Shown one piece after another: positions 12,906 to 27,285 of a stretch of DNA of 64,000 nt. The translations under genes and the position numbers were made by a program. The notes under the pieces are model-generated. The model was not told the origin of the DNA. It did no database searches and saw nothing but the letters and a program-made list of their open reading frames with translations. The stretch's first letter is position 1. Each line of letters starts with the position of its first letter. Source of the DNA: Eledone cirrhosa (Eukaryota); contig OZ024747.1 in NCBI GenBank assembly GCA_964016885.1, positions 84,630,001 through 84,694,000 on the forward strand. Reading direction: 5' to 3'.

Positions 12906-15443
12906 AAGTAATAAAAGGGTTATGATTTTAGGGTGTAATTTGAGATAGACCTGATTGCTACTTCTAACAGGTTGAGGAACCACACTTGTTGAAACTGGCA
13001 TTGGTAATATGTTTTTATTTTTTCCATGTGCTATTTCAATTAATGTTGTTTTGATATCAAACTGCCTGAAGCCATCCATTGTTCTACGTTACAAAACTGT
13101 TTTAAAATATATTTATCCAAACACTTTCCACCTTAATTCTATGTAGGAATCTTTGTAAACTCTTAATATCGCCATTTTTACATCTGCTTTTCCTGGCTTG
13201 CATGGGTCCTTCCACTCATACATTTCCTTTGTCATCTCAACTGTGAAGTTTGAAATTAGCTCTAACTACATCTGCCCAGCTTTTTCTCAGTCTTCCTCTG
13301 CCTTAACTTCCTTCCACTGGCATCACTTGGCACTTCTTCACCCATCACTCATCATCCATATGCATCACATGTCCGTATCAGTGCAGTCATCACTCTTTTG
13401 CATGCTACATCAGGTTCCTCTTATTCCCAGCTTTTCTCTCACTTCATCTCTGCACCATCGTTCATGCACTAACATTACAATTCCAACGGAGCATGCTTGC
13501 TTCCTGTAATACTTCAAAATAACATTTAATGACAGGTTTGTTAATTGAAATGTTTATAGTATCTTTACTAGTGAACAGATCGTTGTAAAAATTTGCAGCA
13601 TTAGGGTAACAATTTGAATTTTTTAATGTAATACTGTTTTGTACTTTTTTAAGATAATCTTGCTAATGTAGTTTCATGTTGTACTGGATGTTAAGAGCTA
13701 AATCATTCTCTAAACTTCAGTTTAATAGTGTTAAATTTATTTTACTAAATCTCTCAAATGTTTGACTATTTAAAAATAACAGGCAGTGTTATTCTTTAGA
13801 AATATATATAGGAATGAAAAGGTTTTAGGAAAAACATCACTATTTTTATTTTTTTATCCTTCAAAATACTCCACAGAAAATAAAACCATGAGGTGTCAAA
13901 GTTTCATTTTAATATAAAATATATTGATGCTGTTATATTGGTGCTGCTACTATTGCTAATCCACAACCACCAGCCTTTCCTCATCTCATTTCCCACTTCT
14001 ACACAGTTTACTTGGTAGTTCTTCTTTCAATCTACACTCCTCCATTATGACAGTTGTAGAGGTGGAAAGCTGGTGGTGGTGGGGGTTCTGTTTACACTTA
14101 AAGGAATTGGAGATAGACCAGTTGCATATATCCTGAAATTTGGAACTACTTGTTCTATCAGATGTGTGTGTGTGTATAGTGTGTGTGTGTGGATGTTATA
14201 TTATCTATAATATCTAGCACTACTTAGCACCATTGCACTACACCTTCCCATCCCCAGCCTATTTTAGATTGCTGCTAGTTTACATTACTATTTGAGTTTG
14301 AAATTATAGGAAAGAGCCTACCTATCTACCAACCAACCACTGCTGAGTCAGGAATTGTTCTATAAAAATGTTGGCTTGCTTGTTGAAGGTTGGCAGCAAG
14401 AAGTGGTAGTGGTGGTGTGTTGGTAAGATTTACTTCCCTGTAAATCATTGTAAGGAGAGAAAACCTTCCTTATCCTATATGAACTACTGAATGAGTCATC
14501 TGTAACTGTTTTTCTCTTGCAGATATTCTCTGTTACCTCTTCATAATATATTATGCCTATGCTTTTTTTTTTACGTTGTTGCTTAAATAATGTGGCTTTT
14601 ATTTATTGTAATATCTATTCTCTTATTAATTTGAATTTGACAGCAACTAGATTTTTTAAATATTAAATTTTGTTTTTGTATCTGTTTTGGAAAATTCTTT
14701 GTGAAATTGCATGCTGAAACAGTTATACTTGAAGGGGGGGGGGGGGGGGTCATACTGTCAATACATAAACATACACCATTTGAGTTTCACTTTCGCTGGC
14801 TTTCTACACTCTGAGTTCAAATCTTGCAGAGATCAACTTTATCTTTTATCCTTTGGGGACAATCAAATAAAGAACCAGTAAAAAGGAAAAAAATTACGTC
14901 AATGTAAATCAACTTCCCCTTCCACCAAATTGCTGGACTATTGCCAATGTTAAAAGAATTTAGTTATCAAACTATTCCATTCTTTGGTTAGTTTCTTAAC
15001 TTGTTGGTTATTTGTCAAAGCACACACCATAGAAAGACAAGATGAAATAAAACAAAAGCAAAATGAAGAGGAGACACAGATAAGCAAAAATAGTCGTTGA
15101 GAAGGTCACAGAATGTGTGATGCAAGAACTTTGGCAATCAAATATGACAAGTAACCTCCTGTTACTAAACCAAGGAAAGGATTAATTACTTAACTAATAA
15201 TAAAACTAGTGAAATGCAACATGAGCCTCCCAAAATATAAAAATTAAATTCTTTTATATATAAAAGATAATCTTGGGTATCATTGAATGGTTAAGTAGTT
15301 CACTTTGCAACCACTTGGTTTTGGGTTCATCCCCACTGCCTGGCACCTTTGGTAAATGCTTTCTATAGCCTTGAGTTGACCAATACCTTGTGGGTAGAAT
15401 TTGGTAGGCAGAAACTACGTACTAGACTATCATATATACATTT

Positions 15444-16487
15444 ATATTTATTAAAATAACAGATTAAAGTTTAAGCAAAGAATCGCCGCTTGTAAACATA
15501 AATTGCATAAAACTTTCCTGTATTACAGCCCCTAACGGATAGTACGAACAATACGCGGATAATTTACGTCTTGATGTGGTAGCTAAGTATATTTTATGTT
15601 TAAACCGTTACTTATTTGTATAGGTAAGTAGTATACATTACCCGTATGTTTTGTGAAGGTACATATACTTTCTCGTACGTACATTTGCTTGTATTTGTTA
15701 TAGGTGTATATATTATATTATATATACTGGTACATGTGTATATGTGTATTTTGTGTTTGTGTGTGTATGCGGTTTTGCACGTATGTAAGGTGTGTATATG
15801 TGTACTTTGTGTTTTGGTTGACGTACGTTTAATGAACATATATGTATTTACCTGTAGGTATGTGTGTGCGTGCGTTATATACGCATTTATGTGTGTATAT
15901 TTATATACGTTTATATAAGTATATGTATACACACACACATCATCATCAATATTTTTTTGTGTATTTGGTGTATACGTTCGTATGTGTGCGGGTGCAGGTG
16001 TCACGCGGGTTTTTTGTATGTGTGCGCGTGTTTGTGTACGTGCTTGTAAATGCCTACCATGGCGGGTGTTTTTGCGTATGCATGTGTATGTACGTATATG
16101 GGTGTGTGTATGTATATATTTAATTATTGTTGATTTCAATAACCTCTGTCATTTTCGTTCTAATTTATTTACATTATTCTTAACTCTGAAGCCAAGAATC
16201 ATTCGGTTTCCTAAATAGAATATTAGTCTACAACTTCATTTATACCATAAACGTGGTTTTGTCTTTGCGTGTATGCTCCACATAATGACGTATTATCTTC
16301 GCTTTTTTTCCGTTCATTGCCAGGGAACGTCTCCACGAACCAAAGCATCGTCTTCCTGTTTTCCTTTGGTTGCAACGTTTTTCGAAATATTTACTTCTGC
16401 GTTCACAGATGGATTTTTTTTTTATCCCATTAAGGGTGAAAGTAGCGATTCTTTGCTTAAACTTTAATCTGTTATTTTAATAAATAT
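15444..16487. mobile_element. ~1 kb element with ~45-bp inverted termini (Penelope-type inverted pLTR or MITE)
   Basis: atatttattaaaataacagattaaagtttaagcaaagaatcgc at the left end and its reverse complement at 16445-16487. The interior is CpG-richer and GT-rich. A third terminus copy lies at ~35220-35275. Confidence 0.7.
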
Positions 16488-16567
16488 TTGCTTTAAGATT
16501 CTTATATATTTGATATATATTTATCCTTATCGAGCCCTCTTTGGATTTTAGTCTTCAGATTTATTAT

Positions 16568-16601
<34 letters not shown>

Positions 16602-17335
16602 CCCCCCCCCCCCCCCCCCCCCATGGTAAATGATCATCATTTAACATCTGTGCTTTTTTTTTCATGCTAACAGGGTTTCGACAGGTTGTCACAGACTCAG
16701 TAAATTATCGTAGTTACTGTATTATGTATGATGGCCAGAGGTGGACCAGATCACATTTAGCTTACATGCATCCCTGCTTTGGCGTGTGTGTATGCATTTA
16801 CTGTTTATGCCCTGTAACTTTAGTAGTTCAACAAAAGAGAAATCAATAAAATAAGTATCCAGCTTGAAAAAATAATTACTTGGGGTCTATGTGGTTGACT
16901 AAATCTCTTTATGGTGGTACCCCAGCATGGCTGCAATTGAATGACTGAAACCATTAAAATAAAAGTTTTTTAAAAATATTTTTTTAATCTGTTGCAAAGA
17001 ATTGTTTTACTTTACATTGATTCTTGTCATCTATCTGTCGAGGAGAAGGGTTGCACACTTTTTCGGGGTTGTGTGCGACCCCCCAAGGCTCCTCCTCCCT
17101 ATTGAGGATTTTGTTATAAAATTTATTTTTGTTACATTTTATATTTTATTTTTTATATCTTGTTATTGCCTCCTCCTTATTGAGGACACCTTTTTAAACT
17201 CCCCCCCCCCCCCCATTGTACTTGTCCCACTTTTTGATGCCCTGGTGGCAAATAAAAAGAAAGTTATCTATCATACAAAACAAGAATAACTTGAAAAGGA
17301 AGCTGAACATGCATTGAGTGTTAGCAAATAGGATA

Positions 17336-17531
17336 TTAACCCTTCTGGTAACAAACCACCTGAAACTGCCCATGGTTCTATGATATTGAGGTATATATTT
17401 TAAAGTGCTTATATTAATCTCAAACCTTTAACTTATATTCCAAATGCCAGCTTGTTGACAAGAAAAAGTTGATTATTTTTATGATTTAAAACTTATAGGC
17501 AGCATTAGAAATATGGTAATGAAAGGGTTAA
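17336..17531. mobile_element. piggyBac-type MITE copy
   Basis: ttaa|cccttctggtaacaaaccacctgaaactg ... gaaatatggtaatgaaaggg|ttaa; same family as 363-586. Confidence 0.7.
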
Positions 17532-19259
17532 AAAAGGCAATTTTTTTTCTTTGAAATGTATCTTATTAAAAAACATGGTCTTACAACCAAGCACCCACCC
17601 TAAAAAATTCTTTGGCAATTTTATTCTTTCATTTTACTGGTTGTGGGGAATATATATTTATCAATTTTTTTTCAGGATTTGATTTAATAGAAAATATTTA
17701 GTGATAAAGGAAAATGTGAATATATTTGCATAGAAAAGATGAGAACTACTTATATTTCAAATAAAGAAATTTCAAGAATATATTCAATGCTATTATGACA
17801 ATAGATGAACGATGTATTGTTTTAGTGAGAGCTGAGTTCAAAATTCATCATTACTTAAGGCATGTGGCCCCTATTTTTAACACATCCAAGAATCTTATTA
17901 GAATTAACCATCAGTGAAGGCGCATACTCTTAAAACAAACAAGAAACCTATGAAAACCAACCTAGTATGAGACTAAACAAACCTACATAAGTTTGAACTG
18001 TAAATTTTTTTTTTTTTTTTCATTGGTAATGAAGTGGCTTTAACAAAGGCATAATTTAATCCACATAGCTATGTTCAACAGTTCATTGCTTATCATCAGT
18101 GATGTAGTGGCCTTGACAAAGATATAGCTTAATAACTATATATCAGTTAAATGAACTGAATGTATTGTTAGAGTTGATCTACTGACTGAAAGTTCAGCAA
18201 TGATGTAGTGACCCTGACAAATGTATGGTTGAGTCCACATACATCTGTATCAGTTGTATGAGTTGGCATGTAACTAATACCCAAAACAGACTACCACCCT
18301 CCCCCCTAAAAAACATTAATAGCATTAGACAATTGTGATTCACTGGTTGATTTAGCTCACAGAATGGCATAATTCTTTTGCTACCAAATTTCTAATGAAA
18401 GGCACTGCCAATGATTTTCAAATCATTTTGAAAATAATCAAGAATTTAGGAGGATTCAATAATATAACTAATCTCAATAAGTTGGTGTTTGGAGCATAAC
18501 TTGATAAAGGTTCTTAAAGAGAATTATGATGAAAGATTTTTAGATAAATATAAACATGTTAAAATATACAGGAGTGGTTTCAGACAGCTTGCTTTCAAAA
18601 GAGTTAATTTAATTTGCTGAAAAATGAGTCACAGCAAAATTGTTGTATTACTGCCTGAAAGGTCAAGAGTTCAACCCCTTTTACAAACATTTATAGGCAA
18701 TGTATTTGTTACATTTGCTTCAGTCTCTAGCATGTTATTACTTCCTTTCTGTGAGAGTAAGAGGAATCTAGATTAAAGAAAGAATACCACTTTTCCATTT
18801 CCATCATAATATTATTTTCATTCTTCCTGCTCTCATGAATTACACAGGTCTACATACAGTACAGCATTTATTTCTCTGAGCCCCTTGTCTCTATATCATC
18901 TCATTTTGATTCAATCTAATCACTTCATCTAAAGCTTGCCTTTGCAACCTTTACAATTACCTCAACCACCACCCACTATTCTGATATATATACCCACCCC
19001 ATTATTGTTTTTGCATTATATAGCCATAGTTACCAGCACAGTTATTTCCTGTCATACATGAGCCAATAAATATTCTGGGTTTATACTATATAGGGAAATA
19101 TTAAATTAGCTTCTGTTAGTTGCATAAATTTAGTCCCATTTATAGAAATTAAAAGAAAAAAAAACACTGTTCCTCATTCATGCAAAATCCATTAATTATT
19201 ATTTAATTCTTCTCATTCTTCTGCTCCTCTTTTCTTTTCTTTTTTCTCCTCCTCCTCCC

Positions 19260-19865
19260 ACTCATTCCTGAGGGCCATGGGAGCAGAGTCCTCAAACACT
19301 CCTTTCAATGGGTCCTGTCAGAGGCAACTATCTCCAACTGATCCAGCTGGATCCCCAAGCGAGACCAGCCAAGCTCATGGATGTTATCTAACCATCTTAC
19401 TCAGGGTCTACCCTTTGTTCTCTTGCTTGTTGGTTTTGCACGTAATATCTGTCCAACAGTTCTTTCTTGAGACATTCTAACAGCATGCCCATATTATCGG
19501 AGCTCTGATCTCTAAATTTGGAAAATTACCAGCTCAACCTGGAGTGACTCTCGGATCTCTCAGCTACACACTTTATCAAGTAACTTTACTCCAAAGACCC
19601 TTCAGACGAACCCCATTTCAGCTGCTTGTATTCATATTTTTTCAGTCATTACCCAAGATTCATGACCATAGGTAAGGGTTGACACAAATACCAAATTGAA
19701 GATAGACTTTGTCTTTTACACCTACCTCCCTTCTGATGATGACTCAATGAAGCTAGTGCATTACTGCACCAGCTCCTGTAATTCTTGCACTTAATTCAGT
19801 TTCCTTCCTTCCATCACTTGTGAAAATGGCCCTGAGATACTTGGACTTCTCCACCCTACTCTAGA
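19260..19865 (-). mobile_element. RTE LINE 3' fragment (family of 48460-49811)
   Basis: The reverse strand reads cttacctatggtcatgaatcttgggtaatgactga (TYGHESWVMT) followed by the same 3' UTR. Confidence 0.8.
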
Positions 19866-20649
19866 AAATACACATCTGGGACAGAGCGGCTGTGTGTATG
19901 CATGCATTCATGCACATATCGCAAATAGGTCAGTTTATTTATTTTGAAATCGTTTCTATGAAGCTGCTCATTATTGTTATTATTAAAATAAAACACTATT
20001 GTAACTGCCACTATCCAATTTAGTATATCTTCATTACAGAATATTTAAATTCCGTGTTGTTCCTGTAAATATATCTTTAGTCTTTTTTTTTTTTCTTCTT
20101 TTATAAATTTTATAGATTTCTTCTTGCTTGTTGATGCCACAAATTCCATTAGTAGTGTTTCTTTGTTCAGGCTAAAAAATTTCAGCTTTTTTTTTTTTAT
20201 TTAATTTTTATTTTTAAATCTCCATTATCTGTTTAACATTTTTTTCCCCCACCCATATCAAAATCTTCCACCTTCCTTTGTTGCTACAGTTTCCATCTGT
20301 TACTATCAGATGTATGGTGAAGACAATGCTTACTGTGAGGTCTCTTCTAATCATTAGAAAGCATTAACAATGAAGAGAAATTAAAAACAAAAAAAAAAGA
20401 AAGAAAAAAGAATTTCATTGCTAGAAGACCTGGGAAAGGTAATTTCCTGTGGTGCTTTCAATTAAATGCTTTTCGCTCAAACTAACCCACCCTTTGACTA
20501 TTTCATCATTGTCTGATTTTTTATTTTTATTTTCTTAAATGAAGATTAAACTAAGATTTAAAAAAAAAACGAAAATATTTCTTTGTTTTCTTATTTTTGT
20601 TTATTAAAACCTTTGATTTTCTTTTCATGTGGATTACCATCATTATTAA

Positions 20650-20840
20650 GGGCGGTGGATTGGCAGTATCGGTAGAGGGTTGGACGCCATGCTTTGAAGC
20701 ATAGTTACCTCTCTTTACGATCTGAGTTCAAATCCTGCCAAGGTTAACTTTGCCTTTCATCCTTACGAGGTCGATAAAATAAAGTACCAGTAATGCACTG
20801 GGATAATTGCTGGCCTTGTGCCAAAACTAGAAACAATTAT
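20650..20840 (+). mobile_element. tRNA-derived SINE, near full length
   Basis: gggcggtggattggcagtatcggtagag...gagttcaaatcc...Meta-like core...agaaacaattatt. Confidence 0.85.
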
Positions 20841-22063
20841 TAATAGTGGTAATGTTGAATGAAATAGTAGAATACTAAAATATTTATTTCAGGGAATATA
20901 GTTTTTCGTTTTGTTTTTTTCTTAGTTTAGTCAGGAAGGGAAGGGCAGTACTCATGGCTCTTTTCAGGAGTTCCAAGACCAAAGGGAGGAAGGTATCTTC
21001 TAATTTGAGACACAGCTCAAATGCTTACAACAGTGAACTCGGCTAAATGAAGACATGTGGCCTAGTGGTAAGGGTGTTGTACTCACGATTATAAAGTAGT
21101 TGCCTATTTAACAAATTCTTACATAAAATTGAGGGAAGGTTTTGATTTAAATCCATACAATGTAAAATGATAGATTTTATATCATAGAATAGTGTGCCAT
21201 CTGGTGGATTATTATAAATCTGAAACTTTGTTTATTATCTCCCATGTTGTGCAATTGGTTCCTTCCTCAACTTAACCAACTTAATACCTAGGATTGAGAT
21301 TTGGTTTGGATAAGTTATCAGTAAATTTCATTTGCAACATTGGTGCACTTCCCAATGGTAGATAAGGCTGACAATGGACTAAATACTATAGTATTTAGTA
21401 TAATCTATCAATAACTCTACCTCATCAAAAAAACTGACTATAAAGAAATATCACTACTTTACATTCTTTTTGCGGATACCTATGAAATCATTGTAGAATC
21501 CACAATTTGGTTTCAATTCCAAGTTGGAATTTATTTTATTCAGGAAAGGCATGAATATCATTACATTTCATTATCCCTCAATTTTTTTTTTTTTCTGATC
21601 ATGTGGTTTGATTTAAAAAATATTTTCCTAATTTATTTATTTATTGAAAAAATTTACTCTTTTGTTAATTTTTAAATTCTGCTATAGCAGTAATAATGAG
21701 GATGATGATGAATATTTTGATGGGTTCTACATACTGAAATTGCTTTGACAATGCAACTAACTGTTGCTATGGGTTATCAAGCATTATGTTGGTATCCATC
21801 CATTTTGTAAGCAGGCCAACTAGTTGTTGTAAGGAAGCCCACTTCACATCTATAATAGAACTCTGTCCTGTTGTCTGCTGAGTCATTGCTTTACATTCCA
21901 TAACATTAGTGCAGCTATGGAAACCTATTAGATTCTTGAATCAATGGATTTATGTCTGGGAAAAACATTATTTGATGTCTGGTTTGTTCCTTGCAATTTA
22001 AAGCAAATATTCTGAGGGAATAAATAACGTGAACAGAATTTTCTTAATGAGTAATTTGTATAT

Positions 22064-22095
<32 letters not shown>

Positions 22096-25000
22096 AAAAT
22101 AAAAAAAAAATTTTTTTTCATTTTTCTCTTTGAATTGAATTTCCTCAGATACTAAATATTGAACTCTACAATTTTATACTGTTGACTCATCTAGAATCTG
22201 AACTGTTAAACCACTTCCTTCTCCTCAGCAATCCTTTATCTTCAGTTACTCAATCACTATGGCTTATTCATGCAGTCCCCCCTCCACCAAAGAACACCCA
22301 TACCTTACTGATTATTAAGGTATCCAGTTCAAGTGACTCATTTAAACAAATGGAATCTGTTAATTCTATGCCTAATCTTTCTACTTTATCTTTCTTTTTT
22401 TTCCCCCTCCCTTTGTTTCGTTGTTCAATCAGCCTAGTTGTTTGATAATTCTCATCTCCAATTATTTATTTAAACTAGACTGTTGACCAAGTTAGAAAGT
22501 TTAAACTCATAAAGGTTATTTGCCCAAACTGAACAAGATAAACACAGTCACATATACAAATGCATAAACATACGATATGTACAAGTACACACACACATAC
22601 AGAGAGAGATAGACTGGCATCTTTCAAATATTATTTTATCATCAAGATGCTTGCACATTCATATGAAGAACTCTATACTTTAGTAAAGCATCTATTCTAG
22701 ATGCCATAAATAAATATCTACACATAAGTGTAAACTCGTCGCTTTTCCAGGTGTCAACTGCATTGGTAAAACTTGATAGTGAAAATCCTTCTGACCACGT
22801 TAATCAATAAATGACATCATACAGAGACAGCTGGATTTTTGAAATTCAATGCAGTGTAGTATTATGTCAGATAATTTTGAAATATCGGTCATATCGATAG
22901 TATTTTATATTTATTTTCATGAATGAGCACAAGGTCTTTTTTTTTCTTTTCTCTTTTGTAAGTTATAAATCTTCATTGATGGGAAAGTGTTATTTTCTGT
23001 AGATGCTGTTTATTAACCCTTAACATCTTATGATTCAGCAGAAAATATTCAAAATCATCATCGTTTAATGTCTATTTTCCATGCTTGCATGGGTTAGACA
23101 GCAAACATGCATTTGTAACATAATTTAACAAAAGATTCTTATAGCAAGTTATGTTGGAAGGGGTTAATTTAAATAGGAACCTTTTAAAATGAGTGGTTTT
23201 GTTTCATAGAACCAGAGATGGTTTTTGGTGAGTTAGTATCAAATCGGTTAAAACTTAAACTAGAAAGTTTCTTATAACATTTGAAAGGGTTTGTTCAATG
23301 AAAAAGAAAAATATTACATGAATACTGTATTTTTTAATCCTTTACATTCTAATTGTAGAAGTTTATAAACATACACTATGGTTCAGAGGGGAAGACGGGG
23401 GAAAATATCAATAACAAAACAACGAAATCTTTGTTTCTCTAATGAATAGGACATAACCAATCCTTCCTACAGTTCAAACTTTTCTTGTTTTAACACTTGA
23501 GGAGGATACAAATATCTATAGTTATATTGATTTCTAGATTAACTGTTATATTGGGAACTATTGATTTTTTTCTGCTTTTTTTTCTTCTTTCTGTAAAGCT
23601 GTATTGGTGTCTTGTACATTGAATTCGGCACCAGTTTATTACTTAGTGAATGAAACCTAATTCTTTCTCCTTTTTTTTTTTTTTTAAGCTATTGGTATGT
23701 TTGGCACATATATACAAAAGAACTGGTCTTAATATGGCTCTGATAATCAGTTACTTCCTACTCTCATCACTTTATTGACTGCCCTTAAATTTCATAAACA
23801 GTGACCTTCACATAGACTGTAGCATTAATGGCTCCTTTCATCATTTATTGGCTATGTTTAATAGATTACCCATAAATATTCTCTAGAAGAATCTTGCTTG
23901 AGTGTGAGTATATTACCAAATGCTAATTACACGCACGCACGATTTAAGGCCATTTTCCCTGCTAGAGCAGGGGTTAACTTATGGGTTCATTGCTGAGATG
24001 GTAAACAGATGTAAAACTATAGACACACATACACATCATCATTGTTTTATACCAGCTTTCCATGGTGGCATTGGTTGGATGGATTGTTGTAGTCCGAGAT
24101 TAGACAAATTGGAGGTAACCACATCATGATTTCTACAGCTGGGTGCCCTTCCTAATGTCAACCATTTTACAGTGTACTGGGTGCATTTTATTAAAGCACT
24201 AGCTCTACCATTCTAGTCTACTGGATGCATTTTATCATGTCAGTGTGTGCGTGCGCAAACATGCATATGTGCAAGTGTTTCTTATGTACATTGTTTTTAT
24301 ATATTAACCAGACACATCATTTCTTCTTAGCCAGACATATCAATGGTCAACAAGAAAAACCTACATCCTTCAGTTGTCTTTCTAGAATTTAAATCAACTC
24401 AAGAGATGATGAAATTTAAAAAATACAAGTACTGCAACCCATGCACAAAGTGTATGGGATGTAGTACCTATAAGGAGGGTTTACAGGCTTTACAAAGGAG
24501 AAACACAATTCTTAAACATTGTAATCAACAAAAAGTCTCTTCCATTGAGATAAAAATTTAAAATCTGAAAGGTAAAACTTTCACATCATAATTTTCTTTT
24601 GCCTGAAATTAAGCAGTAGACATTAGTCATTGTATAACCACCATAGCTAGCTGTTCATTAATTTGATGACATTGCTCTGCTCCAATAGATATATCAACCA
24701 TACCACTGATGGACTGGTATTCTATTTGTGTGTTCAACGTGTGATGCGCAGATCCAAGGACAAGCTGAGTATGGCTGAAAAACCACATCTATACTGTTAG
24801 TTAACTGAATTTGGCAATGGTGACAGACTACCCTGCTATCATCCCATTGCCTAGTACATTTAGTTTCATGCATTTCTACCCATGTTCGTTAGTAAGCCAA
24901 TGAGTGATGGCTTAGTGGTTAGTGTTGGATTCAGGATCATAATGTTGTAAGTTAAATTCTTAGATCAAGTGGTATATTGTATTCACATTGCTTTTCATAA

Positions 25001-26819
25001 TAGGACTAGGACCTCCTATCATTAACCATTTTGTGACCATATTTCTAACAAAAATGTGCTTTTGTGTTTATCAAAATAATTAACAATTCTGAAAGGTTTA
25101 GTGAAATAATTAACTTTCAAATTAATAACAAAAGATAAATATTTAACTACTGAAATCTAATATCTGGTATTTAGTGAGGTTTCATCCCCAATTTTTAATT
25201 TGAACACTTTAATAGAGGTAGTTTTGGGTGGGTTGGTATTTAGAGTTAAACATCCAGGAAACCTATGAGTTACAGCTTTGTAAGAGGCTAGCTAAACTTG
25301 TATGGGTGTGAGCTGTAAATTTAATTTAAGTTTGTTTTTTTTTCTTATACATGAGCAGTCTTGGTTCTTTGCTTGACCAGCAAAAGGAATGAATGGGATG
25401 TTGCCAACAGTGGTTAAGAATAATTGAAACCTTGCCAGGAACAAAGCAGCAAAAGCTCGATTTTTAGTGTAAATATAGAAGAGCCATAGTTGTAAAACTT
25501 TATCATAGAAATAACTGGTCCTTGACAGCTATGGGAACAGTGTGATGTCACTTTTATGAAGCCATTTAGTTTTATTATAGTGATCAATAAGTGTGACTTG
25601 GCACTTGTTGGCCAACGTCTATGATCTCTATAGTTTTCCAACTGGAAAGTACAACTGTTGCAGAGAAATCATTGGCACACTTGCTTAACCCTTTCAATAC
25701 TGGCCCTATGAATTGAATCTGTTTCTTAAAGTGTTTATATTTAACCCTCTATCATAATTTTTTGTAAGTTATGTTCTAAATACCAGGTTAATAATAAAGT
25801 TACATTACTAAATGACTTCAAATGTTTTTATGAATTTCAAAATTGAGATGCAATGGTATTAGAAATATGATAGGTAAAAAGGATTAAGCAGCACTGGCTG
25901 CTTTTGTGATAACAGAATCAAGAGAAACAAAACAAATAATAAAGAGTAGTAAAAGATTATGGTAGTTCTCCAACATTGCCAGTAACACAGTACTTTAAAT
26001 CAACTAAAGAACTTAGAGTGCCTATCCAAGAAATTAATACTGAGCAGATTGTGTCCCTCCCAAACCTGAATTCCTCCTTTATCTTGTATATCAGTGTTTT
26101 AAGTGAATTTGAGCTCTGCACTATCTGCTACTAAACATGTCAATTAGTTCAGAGATGCACCATTGACATCATTTTCACCATCTACATAAGAATTATTGAT
26201 AATGTCAGTGGGACGGGTTACCTATCTATATTGCTCATATATGGGTAGAGGAGGGAAATTAGGGCTAGTGGTCAGAGGTGCTTAAAACTTAAAATGTTAA
26301 CGGTTTAATTTTTACTTTTTTTTTTTTCATTTCTGCCATTCACAAAATAAACATCAAGTGTAGAGGTAGAGAATGCAATTGTTGTTGCTGTAGCTGGCTT
26401 CATACAAGGTTGCTTCTGATAGGTTCCTTGAGTATTTTTTAAATAATTGTGTGCCCCAGTACTGTCATGAAAAAATACCAGTCATTTGCAAGGGCTAACA
26501 TACTGCTACTTGCTGGTACTAATTTTTTTCAGCTGAGTGGACTAGAGCATCATGAAATAAGTGTCTTACATGGGACCAGTCTAAGAATTAAAGCCATGGC
26601 TTTATGAATGTGAATCCAACATCCTAAGCACTAGGCCACCTACCTGCAACAGAATATCTAATGGTAGTTGGGTTGATACCTCAATAATTTGAAGACTGCT
26701 AAGTTGAGCTGACTATTGAACAAACCAGGACAAAGGTTTGTTACTAGTGAATATATAGGGTATTATACCATTTTTCTGAGATACAAATTTGAGGTTGTAT
26801 ATGGAAAAACGTTTTGTTA

Positions 26820-27090
26820 TAAAAATTCCATATGGTGTAGGCAAGCTGTTTCAAGTTCACTCCTGCTGTGTGCACCAATCCCTCATTAGTGAAATTTTGT
26901 AGGCAGAAGTTGCAGAAGCCCCTCACATACATGTGTGTGTGTGTATTCCATAAATTAGTGGTTCAACAGAGATCAATAAAATACGAGATTTGAAAAAAAT
27001 AGTGCTGGGGTTGGTATGATCAATTCTCTTGAAGGCAGTGCTCCAGCATGGCCATGACCTAATGACTGAATTAAGAATAAAAGAATATGA
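26820..27090 (+). mobile_element. Second SINE family (CORE-like, octopus OK/OR-type), degraded
   Basis: B-box-like aagttcactcc, then gtgaaattttgtaggcagaagttgcagaagccc, and a 3' end ccagcatggcc...aatgactgaa...taaaagaata. Relatives lie at ~11.1-11.25, 15.3-15.42, 16.8-16.96, 52.2-52.36, 52.6-52.76 and 55.75-55.82 kb. Confidence 0.55.
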
Positions 27091-27254
27091 ATACATCAAA
27101 ATGGAAAACAGTTTTTACACCTGGGTTTAGTTTCAGAAATTTATTTTTCCTGATTTTTAACTAAAAAAAAAAAGTACAGAACATTATTACTTTCAAAATG
27201 TACGTCTATTCCCTTGAGTGCTGATTTAATACTTAGATTTTCAATAAATATAAA

Positions 27255-27285
<31 letters not shown>

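Noticed and set aside
15612-16218. 175-aa and overlapping ORFs
   Set aside because: Low-complexity GT/CA-rich repeat interior with no protein-like composition.
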